A DNA stretch of 64,000 nucleotides from a bacterium. GTDB lineage: Bacteria; Bdellovibrionota_C; UBA2361; CALJRW01. A program made the translations under genes and the position numbers. Below, one piece after another: positions 1-9,807 of the stretch. The notes under the pieces are model-generated. The model did not search any database, was not told the origin of the DNA, and saw only the letters and a list, made by a program, of their open reading frames with translations. Each line of letters starts with the position of its first letter. Within the stretch, counting starts at the first letter, position 1. Location: assembly GCA_031385045.1 (NCBI GenBank), contig JANNBC010000013.1:1-64000 (forward strand). Direction: 5' to 3'.

Positions 1-292
1 CGATGAACCAAAATAAAGGTAATCATCATAAAATGCAGACAAATTATGCTCTTCGCAATTAGTTAAAAAAGTAGATTAATTTCGATCACTTAGCTCTTCG
101 AAAACAAAATTAGTATTACGAAGGTAAGTGACATTCGAGCCAAGCAACTATATATTTAATGAAAATCAATCTAGAAAGTAATAAAAAGCTGTGGTTATCC
201 CTATTCAATTAAAATAATTATTAATATGCAATAAATTCTAGGCAGCACGAACGTACCCCAGTCCCAGACTAGAAAAAGCTGACAATCAACTT

Positions 293-760
293 CTAACAAA
301 AAATTAAATTCCCCTGCACTGGCATTCTTGGTGCAAACATACCAATGGGCATAGCTCTTTTTGTATCTCGATTCTGCCACGCTCTGTAAACTTCACGTGC
401 TTCTGCTGCTAGTTCCTTCACCCAAGAGATAAATCGTTTTCTACGTTCAATATTCTTGGAATAACACCACATTTTTCTGCCAGATCTTTTAGGTTGATAT
501 TCTAAGTTAATCTCCTGATTTCTTAACTTATGATTTCCCATGAATTGCTTTTTACCAGCCTCTAGTCTCCTCTCATAAATATCCTTCGTTCTTTCAGTAA
601 TGCCACTCTGGATAGTTTTATTGATTTCTTCTATTTCATCTTTATTAATAATTCCAAATGCCTTCATCCAGTCATTAGTATCAATTACTAAAATCCTAAG
701 TCTTTTCTTTACTGATAGTTCTTTTCTTGCACGCTCAAAATGTTCTTCACTTGTATTTGC
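293..760 (-). pseudogene. C-terminal fragment of a probable REP-associated (Y1/RAYT-like) tyrosine transposase
   Basis: The open frame extends upstream of the tracked ATG (667) to a stop near 761-763. The C-terminus (FISWVKEL...AREVYRAWQ...MPIGMFAPRMP) resembles the tail of long Y1 transposases. No HUH motif is present and it abuts other IS fragments. Confidence 0.4.
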
Positions 761-839
761 TCAACCGGTTAAATGTCACACCGAGAAATCAGACTTCCCT
801 TTACATAGCTTTTACTAGACTGGAATCTACTCCAGCTGC

Positions 840-1062
840 GGGGATGTCCCAAAACTCGTTATCTTTTTAAGTAGACCCTGATTGCTGTAGAATCACAGCA
901 ATCAATTAACCGTATAATTAATGGGAGTCTACAAATGAAGAAAACAACTAAATTGCTAAAAGATCAAGCTATAATTTTAGAATCTGTAAAATCGTATAGT
1001 GCAGAAGAAGTGCAGGATCTATTACTTAGCCGAATGCGATTAGCGGCTCTGGAACTTGTGAC
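840..1062 (+). mobile_element. IS256-family left-end remnant (terminal IR plus start of transposase)
   Basis: GGGGATGTCCCAAAACTCGTTA...GTAGACCC at 840-878 matches the second copy at 2131-2167. It is followed by a GGGAG RBS and ATG at 935 (MKKTTKLLKDQ...LLLSRMRLAALELV), which is cut off after about 42 codons. Confidence 0.55.
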
Positions 1063-1262
1063 TATAGTAAACCCAAAGAAGCACAATCGATAATTAACAA
1101 TTTCAAGTCAGAGTATAATACTGAGCGTCCTCATGGAACACTTGGGGGAATTACACCTCAGATGTTTGTGGATAAATGCTTACAGAAAAAACTTTGCGCT
1201 TGAAGACGGAGAAATAATATGAGATTCTATCATTAATACTGGCTCTAAAACGCGTGGCTACG
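1063..1262 (+). mobile_element. IS3-family transposase C-terminal remnant and right end
   Basis: Frame 1063-1203 reads YSKPKEAQSIINNFKSEYNTERPHGTLGGITPQMF...*, containing the YN..RPH..L...TP integrase-core tail of IS3-family OrfB. Confidence 0.7.
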
Positions 1263-1523
1263 CCTAGTCATGGCTACTCCAATAAGGACGCTGCCAACCA
1301 GCCTAAAGTATTTGCTGATTGTATTGATCAAATTCTTAATGGCAATCAAACAATTAGATCCTTTATGGTGGAAAGTAATCTCAACTTTGGAGCACAAGCA
1401 ATCCCTGACGATTTAGCTGAATTGAAATATGGTGTTAGCGTAACTGATGCCTGCATTGACTGGGAAACAACGGAATCAATGATTAAAACGGCTCGAGAAA
1501 AACTAAAGCCTAAACTTTTTTAA
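1254..1523 (+). pseudogene. C-terminal fragment of class I-alpha DAHP synthase (AroF/G/H type), 5'-truncated by IS
   Basis: Motifs SHG.S.K...Q..V, MVESNL..G.Q and LKYGVSVTDACIDW. Only about 86 C-terminal residues remain, directly after the IS3 end. Confidence 0.85.
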
Positions 1524-1575
1524 AAAAACAGACTCAACTCCATTTGATCAGCACTAACAGTAATCAATCTTAGAT

Positions 1576-2108
1576 TCATAAACATTCAACAGGGTCAAAA
1601 TTGTAAGAATGAATAAATGAATCGTTATCACTAATCATAGCTGTTAATGCTTTTGTTACAGTACCAAATTCAACATCATCATATGATATTGTTGAACCTT
1701 TACAATGCACAGCAGCTATCAAAGGCTGCAAAGTTCGAGAGTTCTGTTTATTTAACCTTACATAAATCCTAATCTCCGAATCAAAAACATACCCAGGAAG
1801 TAGTTTTTCGACGCTATAAGAGTTAAATATAGTAAAACCATTGTTAAAGTAGCGCTCAAGATTTCCTGAAAAATTACTTACCTCTAAATCACCAAAGCTC
1901 AAATTAGCTATGCGATCTTGATTGTCGAGGATAAAAGCATATTGAGCTACCCTTGCATTTTTAACGCTAAAAACTGTTCGCGAATCATAAGCTCTAGCTC
2001 TAAATTCATTGAAAGACACCAATGAAATTGCTGCGAGAATTGATACTACCGCCACAGTGACTAATAACTCAATAGAGTGAACCCAAGAGAATTATTATTT
2101 TTAAACAT
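1576..2108 (-). pseudogene. Type IV pilin-like protein with a 1-nt frameshift in the N-methylation motif (or sequencing error)
   Basis: ATG at 2108 gives MFKNNNSLGFTL. A single missing base near 2071-2075 restores GFTLIELLVTVAVVSILAAIS in frame with the 159-aa ORF. Confidence 0.75.
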
Positions 2109-2130
2109 AGAATTTGAACAGCGACAAAAC

Positions 2131-2315
2131 GAGGATGTCCCATTTTCCGTTAGGATTTGGTAGACCCTTTTCATTATTTTGCCATTAAGCAGCTAAAGTT
2201 TCAATAGTTTTATTTTGGTTAAGGCTATTAATTAAAATCTGACCTTGTTCTTTACTACCCCTTAGCTTCTTAAATTTTTAATCTAGTGCCAATAGCAAGC
2301 TCCAAACCAATTGTC
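2131..2315 (-). mobile_element. IS256-family right-end remnant (degraded transposase C-terminus plus terminal IR)
   Basis: The minus strand reads ...LLALD*KFKKLRGSKE...IETLAA*, then ...CCTAACGGAAAATGGGACATCCTC. This IR matches the one at 840-878. Confidence 0.6.
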
Positions 2316-3374
2316 TTAATTAGAATTTGCTTTATATCCTACTAGCTCTACATAGGCTTGTCCGGTTTTTTTATTACTCTGATAGACAAGACTTCTTCCT
2401 TCCCAGTAAGTTACACTAAGATCTTTACTAGTAAACTCTTGATTGGATAGAGTCGGTTTAACTATCAGATTAAGATTAAACTTGGGAACATTTATCTTCC
2501 AAAGTGCTGGATAGGAAATCTGAGTCTCACTACTTTTCCAGTAATCTAGAACTTCAATTTGATAATCTGTTAGTTCTAAGTTTTCTTTTTTTCCGAAATG
2601 ATTAATAAACGACCCTTTGGAATAATTTGTAATATTTCCAGCGGAATCTTTTAGGTAGTAAAGCATTAGTTCTGTATTATTATCTAACTGAATCGCAAAC
2701 CAATCCCAGCCAGCTTCTTCTCGATTCACTGTCTTGCCCATTACTTCATGATCCATCCAAGTCTTAGCAGATACCAAAAGTTTTTGTTGATTTAGTATTA
2801 GTTGACCGCTGCCTTGCAGGTTAGTAAAGCTCGTGTATAGCGAAGCACTACCATTCTCCTTGCTTTTAGCACTATAGCCAGAAGCGCCTTGTAAGATTAC
2901 GGGTTTTTTTGCTTGGAGTTCTAAATTGAGTTGATAGTTTGGCAAGCTAATTGAAAGCTTTAGTTGATCATCAATAAGTTGAATTTGATGATTTAAGGCA
3001 GAAATATTCAAACTCTCAGGGGAGCTTTTTACTAAATCAAAACTTTCTCTAATCAACTCTTCTTGGTGATAATATTTTTTATCCTGATCGTCGGTTAGTG
3101 CTGTGTGAACTATAAATATATTCTTTGATTTCCAAGGAGAACTGCTAACTCTAAAATCGTCGACACCGACTCGAAAGACAGTAATCTCAAAGCCAAAAGT
3201 GCGCTTATCTTCAGAGTTTAAATGACCAGTAAAATACCACCACTCCATTGGAAAGTTTTCATGACTACCATGATCTTTAGGGAAATTGAATTGATAATTA
3301 GGCTTAACTGTTTGATATTCAGCAAGACAGTTAAACGAAGAAAATAATATTATTAAGAATAAGCGTATTAACAT
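2316..3374 (-). CDS. Secreted AttH/CrtC-like lipocalin-fold hydrolase
   Basis: Signal peptide, FPKDHGSH..F.MEWWYFTG, WMDHE, GWDWF and YWEG motifs. It is the last gene of an ABC operon. Start chosen at MLIRLF. Confidence 0.85.
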   Translation of the reverse strand: MLIRLFLIILFSSFNCLAEYQTVKPNYQFNFPKDHGSHENFPMEWWYFTGHLNSEDKRTFGFEITVFRVGVDDFRVSSSPWKSKNIFIVHTALTDDQDKKYYHQEELIRESFDLVKSSPESLNISALNHQIQLIDDQLKLSISLPNYQLNLELQAKKPVILQGASGYSAKSKENGSASLYTSFTNLQGSGQLILNQQKLLVSAKTWMDHEVMGKTVNREEAGWDWFAIQLDNNTELMLYYLKDSAGNITNYSKGSFINHFGKKENLELTDYQIEVLDYWKSSETQISYPALWKINVPKFNLNLIVKPTLSNQEFTSKDLSVTYWEGRSLVYQSNKKTGQAYVELVGYKANSN

Positions 3375-3375
3375 A

Positions 3376-5778
3376 CTATTCGAACTTAAGTTGACTTGGA
3401 TCAATTTTAAACTTTAAATATCTAAGAGCATAAGCAAGTGATAGCGGAATCATTATTATTCCGATCAGCAGTTTAAATGAAGTTTGAAACTCAATGCTCC
3501 AGCCAAAATAATTGGGGTTAACGATAAATACCAAATAATAGGCAAGTGATAAGCCTAGGGTAACTCCCAGAAAGACACTTAGACCTACGATTAGTAAAGA
3601 TTCAAAACTAATTATTCGAGAAATATGTTGGGAGTTAGCACCAATGGCTTTCAAGGCAGCAAAGTTTCTGGCCTGATCGATCAGTAGCAGTTTAAGGTTG
3701 GTAATTAAATTTAATAGGGAAATAATTAAGCTAATCAGTAGAATGTTATAAGTTAGACTAAAAGTACTATCAAAGATTTCTAAGATTTCCTGCTTGATTT
3801 TTTGATTGTTAGTAACTAGGAACTTCATTTCTGATTTAGTTAGGTCAGATATAAATTGATTAGTTTTAAAGGGATTTCGAGAAGAGTCTGTTAGGAAGAT
3901 TGAAACAACATTTGGTTGCGTTTGTTTGGTAATTTCAGCAAATTTTTCAAAGTTGATGGTAATTGTTCCGAACTCTGATTTATAGTCAAGATAACTCCCC
4001 AGGATTTGAAATTTGATTAGATTGTTTTGAAAGCGCAAGCTAATTTGATTGTTAACTTGTAATTTATGTTTACGTAGGAAACTTTCGGAGACAAAAGCGC
4101 CATTAGAATTTAATTTTTCTGGTAGCTTTTCTTGGAAGACATATTTTTTGCTAAGGTTTGCAAAGGGAGTTCCGATCAGTGTCACAGGCTGGAAATTATA
4201 TTCCAGATCCAGAAAGGTAGCGTAATCGATACTCTCGATTTCTGGATTAACTAACAATTCATCTAGAAAACTCTTTGGAAAATATGCTTGATCCTGGGTC
4301 ATGAAATTTTTTGACATAGTTAAGTAGACATCAGCATTGATCACTTGGTTAATCCATTTATCAACCGTTAGACGAAAACTAAAAATCATAGTGCCAATTC
4401 CCACAATCATCGCAACAGAAATACTAATTGCTGCAATTGTAGCTGATTGTCGCTTTAGGTTTGTGCTAAAGTGATCAAAGACATAAGCAGTAGTTAAGTT
4501 CCAACTATTAGCTGGTAAGAGTTTAATAAACGTTGGCAAGACGAGAACTAAACTTAGAATGATTAAGCTAGGAGGAACAAATAGCCATAAATCCTTTAGT
4601 CCTAATATGATTGGTAGCGAAGCAACAAATAATAAAATTATTCCTAAATAAAAATATCTCGGCACCTTATTGCTAAATACTTGCTCGGAGTTTTCTTTAG
4701 AAAGACTGTGTTTAATTGATAACTTTAAGGCCTCTCTGCTGGGTAAGTAGCAAGCAACTAATCCAGTAAATAAAGTTGCTAGGCTTGTAATCAAAATTGT
4801 TTGCCACGAAGGAAACAGCAATTGATCGTTTTGATATTTATATAAAGTCTCTAAAGATCTTTGGAAGTAGATTTGTGAAAAATTAGCTAGGATGACGCTT
4901 AAAATAATTCCTGTAATAATTGCGATCACAATTATTAGAATAGCTTCAAGGTAGATAATCGATTGGATTTGACGAGGCCTGGCACCCAGCGTACGTAGTA
5001 TACCAAAATCAGGACCACGAATATTGGTGAGATATGAAAAAATATTATAAATAATTAAAATACTTAAACTGATTGCGATTGCTGCCATGAAATTTAGATT
5101 TGCCCGCAGTGCTTTTGTTAACTCAGTTGCGGCTGATTTCATTTGGTAGTTATTCTTAACTGAGTAATCGCCACCAAGAAAACTAACTAGGTCTACTTCT
5201 GAGCATTCTCTGATAATTAAATAATCTACAGTTTCGTAGCTTTCCGTTACATCTTGAAAAGTTGCAATGTCAGTAAGGTAATTGTTGTTTTTAAGTAAAT
5301 GACTAAGCTCCTCCTTAATTTTAAGGGGCAGTAATTTTACTAGATGTTTTTTACCATCAATCTCTAAGGTTTCTTCGGAACTTGTAGGTTTTGAGCTGTA
5401 AAATAGGGGGAGGTCAGTTAAATTCTTTTCTAGGTTATTTGCACTAAGAAGGAATAGATCCGTTCCAATTAAAGTCATAGGTAAACGGTTTTCTGTGTAA
5501 ATAGTTCGAGTACTAATAGGTGTGATTAAGGAGGTTGGGAATTTTCGTTTTATTTTAGAGTATAGTTCGTTTTCAACCGAGGCAGCTGATAAAGACTTCA
5601 CTACTAACTGTTCAGTACTAAAAAGAAAGTTGGTTTCATTCTTATAGTTATTAATAATATTTTCATTAATTGTTAGAACCGTAGCTAAGATTGCTACCCC
5701 AAGCGTCAAGCTTATAATAGTCAGAAAATACTTGAAAATATTTTGTTTAATGTAAGAGAGGGCATAGAGTAATGACAT
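3376..5778 (-). CDS. FtsX/MacB-family ABC permease with two repeats (AttF/G-like)
   Basis: Two FtsX-type TM blocks (GILRTLGA, AALKAIGA) and a FGWSI C-terminal motif, flanked by the ATPase and the AttH-like gene. Confidence 0.85.
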   Translation of the reverse strand: MSLLYALSYIKQNIFKYFLTIISLTLGVAILATVLTINENIINNYKNETNFLFSTEQLVVKSLSAASVENELYSKIKRKFPTSLITPISTRTIYTENRLPMTLIGTDLFLLSANNLEKNLTDLPLFYSSKPTSSEETLEIDGKKHLVKLLPLKIKEELSHLLKNNNYLTDIATFQDVTESYETVDYLIIRECSEVDLVSFLGGDYSVKNNYQMKSAATELTKALRANLNFMAAIAISLSILIIYNIFSYLTNIRGPDFGILRTLGARPRQIQSIIYLEAILIIVIAIITGIILSVILANFSQIYFQRSLETLYKYQNDQLLFPSWQTILITSLATLFTGLVACYLPSREALKLSIKHSLSKENSEQVFSNKVPRYFYLGIILLFVASLPIILGLKDLWLFVPPSLIILSLVLVLPTFIKLLPANSWNLTTAYVFDHFSTNLKRQSATIAAISISVAMIVGIGTMIFSFRLTVDKWINQVINADVYLTMSKNFMTQDQAYFPKSFLDELLVNPEIESIDYATFLDLEYNFQPVTLIGTPFANLSKKYVFQEKLPEKLNSNGAFVSESFLRKHKLQVNNQISLRFQNNLIKFQILGSYLDYKSEFGTITINFEKFAEITKQTQPNVVSIFLTDSSRNPFKTNQFISDLTKSEMKFLVTNNQKIKQEILEIFDSTFSLTYNILLISLIISLLNLITNLKLLLIDQARNFAALKAIGANSQHISRIISFESLLIVGLSVFLGVTLGLSLAYYLVFIVNPNYFGWSIEFQTSFKLLIGIIMIPLSLAYALRYLKFKIDPSQLKFE

Positions 5779-6421
5779 TAGGCTTGGAGTTGATAATCTT
5801 GGAGCTGTAGTATTTGATCGGCAAATATTTTTAATTCTTGATTATGTGTGACTACAATAACAGTCTTGTTGTCTTCAACTGCTAGTTTCCTTAGGATCGT
5901 CATTACTTGATAAGAATTTTCAGTATCTAAATTACCTGTCGGCTCATCGGCGATGATAACGTCTGGGTTATTAATTAGTGCTCGAGCAATTGCGGCTCTT
6001 TGGAGTTCTCCCCCTGAAACCTGATGTGGAAATGAATCAGCCAGATGCTCAATCCCTAGGGTCTTCATTAAGTTAAGACAATCACTGTTTTTGCAGGCCC
6101 AACTAGGTAACTTGGCAGAAGAATATTCTTCTTAATACTTAGGGAGTTTAAGAAATTAAAAAATTGGAAGACTATACCAAAATTGTTTGCCCTAATTGTA
6201 GCCAGCTGGTCTTCGGAAAGTTGATTAAGGTTACTCGATCGCAGAGAAACTTGGCCGGCATCAGGTAGATCTAAGCCCGTAGCCAAGTTTAGTAATGTGC
6301 TTTTACCAGAACCACTTGGACCAAAAATTAAATATAATTTTTTAGGTTCAAATGTAAACGTCAGATTCTTAAGTACCTGACGTTTACCATAAGACTTGGA
6401 GACATCTATGAATTGTAACAT
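5778..6421 (-). CDS. LolD-type ABC ATP-binding protein, split by a frameshift at the T5 run 6088-6092
   Basis: Walker A GPSGSGKS is in 6068-6421. VSGGELQR, IIADEPTGNLD and VVTHN are in 5778-6068. Adding one A fuses the two frames (…PAKNSDCLNLMKTLG…). Confidence 0.85.
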
Positions 6422-6768
6422 GCTGACATATGTTTCTCGAAAGAGTAAAGATCCTGTGGTTAGGACGTACTTATTGTAATTTAATTACTAATAAGTTGAT
6501 ACAAGAAAAGATTTTTACCAATTGTGGCCTAGCTTTTGACTTTCGAGCCAAGGGAAAAAACTTTGGGGAGAAACTTTGTTATTGTTTAGAGAAATTTAGG
6601 CAAAATAATCGTGAAGTTAATCCAACTGACTATAAGAGGCCAATAAGTTTAAAGTTAAGAAAAGATGTTTTAAACTATAGTGATTATTAGGTCATTGTTG
6701 ACAGATTTAGATACTAAGGTACTAGCAGGTATTCTTAATAAATTGAATCTATCAAGTTATCATCAAAA

Positions 6769-9687
6769 CTAACTAGCCAGGTTAGCAAATAGCGTATCCC
6801 AATCCTGCCTAATGCTTTCTGGGATTGGAATTTGATTATCCTGAAAATTACGATACTCCAAATCTTGAATTTCGCGCCATATCTTAGCATCCATCGAAAG
6901 TGAAAGCTTGGAGAAAAATGGTAATAATTTAGAACCACTATCTTTAATAAACTCAGGAGTAAAAAGCCGTTCATTTTTAGTAAATAGCTCACAAAACCCT
7001 TGAATTTCCGGCAAAGTTTTCTCTTTAAAATTAATCCATACACGAAGTAATTTAAGATTTTTTTCAGAAAAATCTTGGCTACTAATTGCTTCGTGTGCCA
7101 GCTTTAAATCTTGATTAGCCTTAAAAATCTCTTCTAGCACTTCCCGTGCCCTAACAATTCCCATTTGCTGAACTAAATCTGGAGAAGGAAAATTCTTTTT
7201 AGCTGTTTCTAAATAAAATGCTATTCGCAGAGCTGGAATACGAATATCAGTATTAATAGTATGAGCGAATAAGGCTTTAAATGGATTATCTCCCTCCACC
7301 GGACTAGTTGCTGCGTGAAAAGAATCATGACTGTGCTTAGCAACATCTGTCTCCGCACCAAAAACTTGCGGAGCAACTTTAGCGGCCACCTCAGCAACTA
7401 AAGGATATTCCTTCCAACGATCATAAACTAGCTTACTGTGATGATTAATTAATACATGTCGCTTTAACAATCTCTTAATCAGCACATCGCGAGACTCCAA
7501 ATAGAGTTCAGTATTATTTAAAATTGTTGCTGGAATTTTTGCATTAAGCTCAATGTTTTCAATCAAATCAAAAGCCTTCTGAGGATCATCTGCTCCCAGC
7601 TTAACCAAGGCCCGAGCAAGAAATGGACCGCTAAAAATCTGGGTCTTAGCTTTTGTCGTATCTTTAAAAATACTCTCTACATCATCAAGCCCAGCTAAGT
7701 ATGGCAAGGTATAATCAGAATATAACATTGCTCGCGCTTCGTTATAGGCATACTGGTAGCGATAAGTTGGAAAATCAGTAATCTTGATAGCATCCTTCTC
7801 TCGTGCCAAGCTCCGATTCGCCAAAATAATTCCTGGAACAGGCTCTCCTAAAACATAATGCATATGATCATGGGAGAAACGAAATGAAACTGTTCGCTTA
7901 TCATCGGGCCAAGGATCAGAAAAAATGGGAACAATTGGACTAAAAAAAGGCTTCTCGTCAGGATGATTCATCACTACAGACATAACTCCTAACTCATTCT
8001 CGCAGTGGCGTTTCACATGACGATAAACAGGCAAACGACTAAGCAAGCGATCGGCCTCTAAGGACTCTTCTGTCAGGTATGCTTGTTGCCGTGAACCAGA
8101 ATTAATAATATTACTAAAAATCTTTTGCTCCTTGGGACTAGCATCAAGATTCAAACTATCAGCCTTGACCTGAAAGGCATCTCTAAGAATATAAGCATAA
8201 AGGATTAATCTTGGATCGCGAATCGTACCACTCTTAGAAAGCGTGATAATATCATTAACATCTAACATATAAGTATTTAGTGTTTCATCAATCCCTTGAG
8301 ATGATTCTACTGTTGTCCTTGGATCAAACTCACTAAAAACCACGCCAACTTTTTCTCCATTAAAACCAGGAGAAGGAAAAACCGAAGTTAAAATTGTTGG
8401 AGCTCCAATCGGATGATGTTTAATTTCTTCCTCCACTTCAGCTTTCGCTCGAAAGAGTATTTGCTCTGGACCTTCACTTAGCTCCATACTCCCTGCCACA
8501 ACTTCTGGATTAAGGGGAGTAAGGGTTTGAGCGATTGGATGCTCCGCGGAATCACGAATGGAAATTGCCGGGCGCAAACCTCGTTTAAATTTAATAATCA
8601 CCTTACCATCAACATGACAGTACGTCGGAACATCAACTGAGTCCGTACCCTTTCTTTCCACAACAGAAATTTCACGCCGAGACTCTTCTCCCAAGCCATT
8701 TAGATAGTTAACTTGATAATGATTTAATGTCAGAAAAGTCCTGGCCGGATTTTCAACTGCCGAGATCTCTACGTGTGCAGGCTTTCCTGGATCAACATTT
8801 ATTGGTCGTAACTGCTCTCTAAACTGTGCTGGTGTTAGAATCTCTTTTGCCAGGGAAGATAAATCAAAATCAGCTGTTATTGAAGATAAATTTAGATCTA
8901 GATTTAACTTAATGCCTTTATCATCACAAAATCTAAAAACTGCTAGCACTAATCTTAAGTCATTTATCTCTCCCGCCAGATATTTATCAAGTACGACTTG
9001 AGGTTTAAGAAACTCACGAATAATCGGTCCACTAAATTTACTATCAAAAGTTACCACAGCTTGATGTTCTGGCTGATTAACTTCAATCGATCTTGGAAAA
9101 GCTAACTCAGTAGAGCCACCTACAGAGGGGAAATAAGCTGAACCTAAAAATTCAGAATTATAATTTTGATCCTTAGGAGTTACTCCAATCTTAGTAGCTA
9201 AGAGCGCGGCTGTTGTGGCTTCAATACTAGCCATCCCACGCTCAGCACTAATATACATACCAGGTAAGCAATAAACCATGTCCTCCACTGGATCGATTTT
9301 TCTTGTGGCAAGGGCAGGACGATGAACTTTATTGACTGCTACAAAATATTCATCACCTGCTTGATAGTAAGGAAGTAAATCTAAAACATCTTGCTCTTGG
9401 TGCATCTGTACACTACGAATAATTGTTTGATCTGCTTCTAGCTCCAAGCCATTATTATCAAAGTAGCGAACTCGCCAACTAGTTACTGAAGCATGAGACT
9501 CTTTTCCCCCTGAAAGCTCGGCTATTGGCTTAACAGTTACATTTTTAATTAATCGAGAATCACTGGGATCATATTTTTCAAAGTTAGCAGGAGTCACATG
9601 GACTTGCGCAGATCCTGTAGGAATAGCCTTATCGTCTAAATTTAGATCACTAAGATGAAGGTTTAGAGTTAAAGTTGGGCTTGGCAT
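6769..9687 (-). CDS. Tandem Nudix (ADP-ribose pyrophosphatase-like) protein with an uncharacterised C-terminal HDxxH...E domain
   Basis: Two NudF-like repeats (RPA...[CE].[PA]G...FPS.G...E...G.I.D.R). The second keeps an acidic Nudix-like box (AGSMELSE...AEVEEEIK); the first has lost it. The C-terminal half carries HDHMH (7858-7872) and NEARA (7729-7743). Confidence 0.65.
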   Translation of the reverse strand: MPSPTLTLNLHLSDLNLDDKAIPTGSAQVHVTPANFEKYDPSDSRLIKNVTVKPIAELSGGKESHASVTSWRVRYFDNNGLELEADQTIIRSVQMHQEQDVLDLLPYYQAGDEYFVAVNKVHRPALATRKIDPVEDMVYCLPGMYISAERGMASIEATTAALLATKIGVTPKDQNYNSEFLGSAYFPSVGGSTELAFPRSIEVNQPEHQAVVTFDSKFSGPIIREFLKPQVVLDKYLAGEINDLRLVLAVFRFCDDKGIKLNLDLNLSSITADFDLSSLAKEILTPAQFREQLRPINVDPGKPAHVEISAVENPARTFLTLNHYQVNYLNGLGEESRREISVVERKGTDSVDVPTYCHVDGKVIIKFKRGLRPAISIRDSAEHPIAQTLTPLNPEVVAGSMELSEGPEQILFRAKAEVEEEIKHHPIGAPTILTSVFPSPGFNGEKVGVVFSEFDPRTTVESSQGIDETLNTYMLDVNDIITLSKSGTIRDPRLILYAYILRDAFQVKADSLNLDASPKEQKIFSNIINSGSRQQAYLTEESLEADRLLSRLPVYRHVKRHCENELGVMSVVMNHPDEKPFFSPIVPIFSDPWPDDKRTVSFRFSHDHMHYVLGEPVPGIILANRSLAREKDAIKITDFPTYRYQYAYNEARAMLYSDYTLPYLAGLDDVESIFKDTTKAKTQIFSGPFLARALVKLGADDPQKAFDLIENIELNAKIPATILNNTELYLESRDVLIKRLLKRHVLINHHSKLVYDRWKEYPLVAEVAAKVAPQVFGAETDVAKHSHDSFHAATSPVEGDNPFKALFAHTINTDIRIPALRIAFYLETAKKNFPSPDLVQQMGIVRAREVLEEIFKANQDLKLAHEAISSQDFSEKNLKLLRVWINFKEKTLPEIQGFCELFTKNERLFTPEFIKDSGSKLLPFFSKLSLSMDAKIWREIQDLEYRNFQDNQIPIPESIRQDWDTLFANLAS

Positions 9688-9748
9688 CTATCTACTATTA
9701 ATCAAATTCAAAAAAGAACAGACTTATTTAAAAGCAATCCATCGGTAC

Positions 9749-9790
9749 AGTTGTGACTCTTCACTAAACAATCACGTAAGAGTCACAACT
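9749..9790. repeat. 13-bp perfect inverted repeat (stem-loop) between pncB and the Nudix gene
   Basis: AGTTGTGACTCTT-16nt-AAGAGTCACAACT, with no U-tract directly after it on the minus strand. Confidence 0.8.
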
Positions 9791-9807
9791 TTAACAAAAT
9801 TTACTGA

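Noticed and set aside
600..818. 72-aa plus-strand ORF
   Set aside because: Antisense shadow of the transposase-like remnant, crossing a fragment junction.
6430..7043. ORFs 6430-6690 (+) and 6735-7043 (-)
   Set aside because: No motifs. One lies in AT-rich intergenic DNA and the other overlaps the 972-aa gene out of frame.
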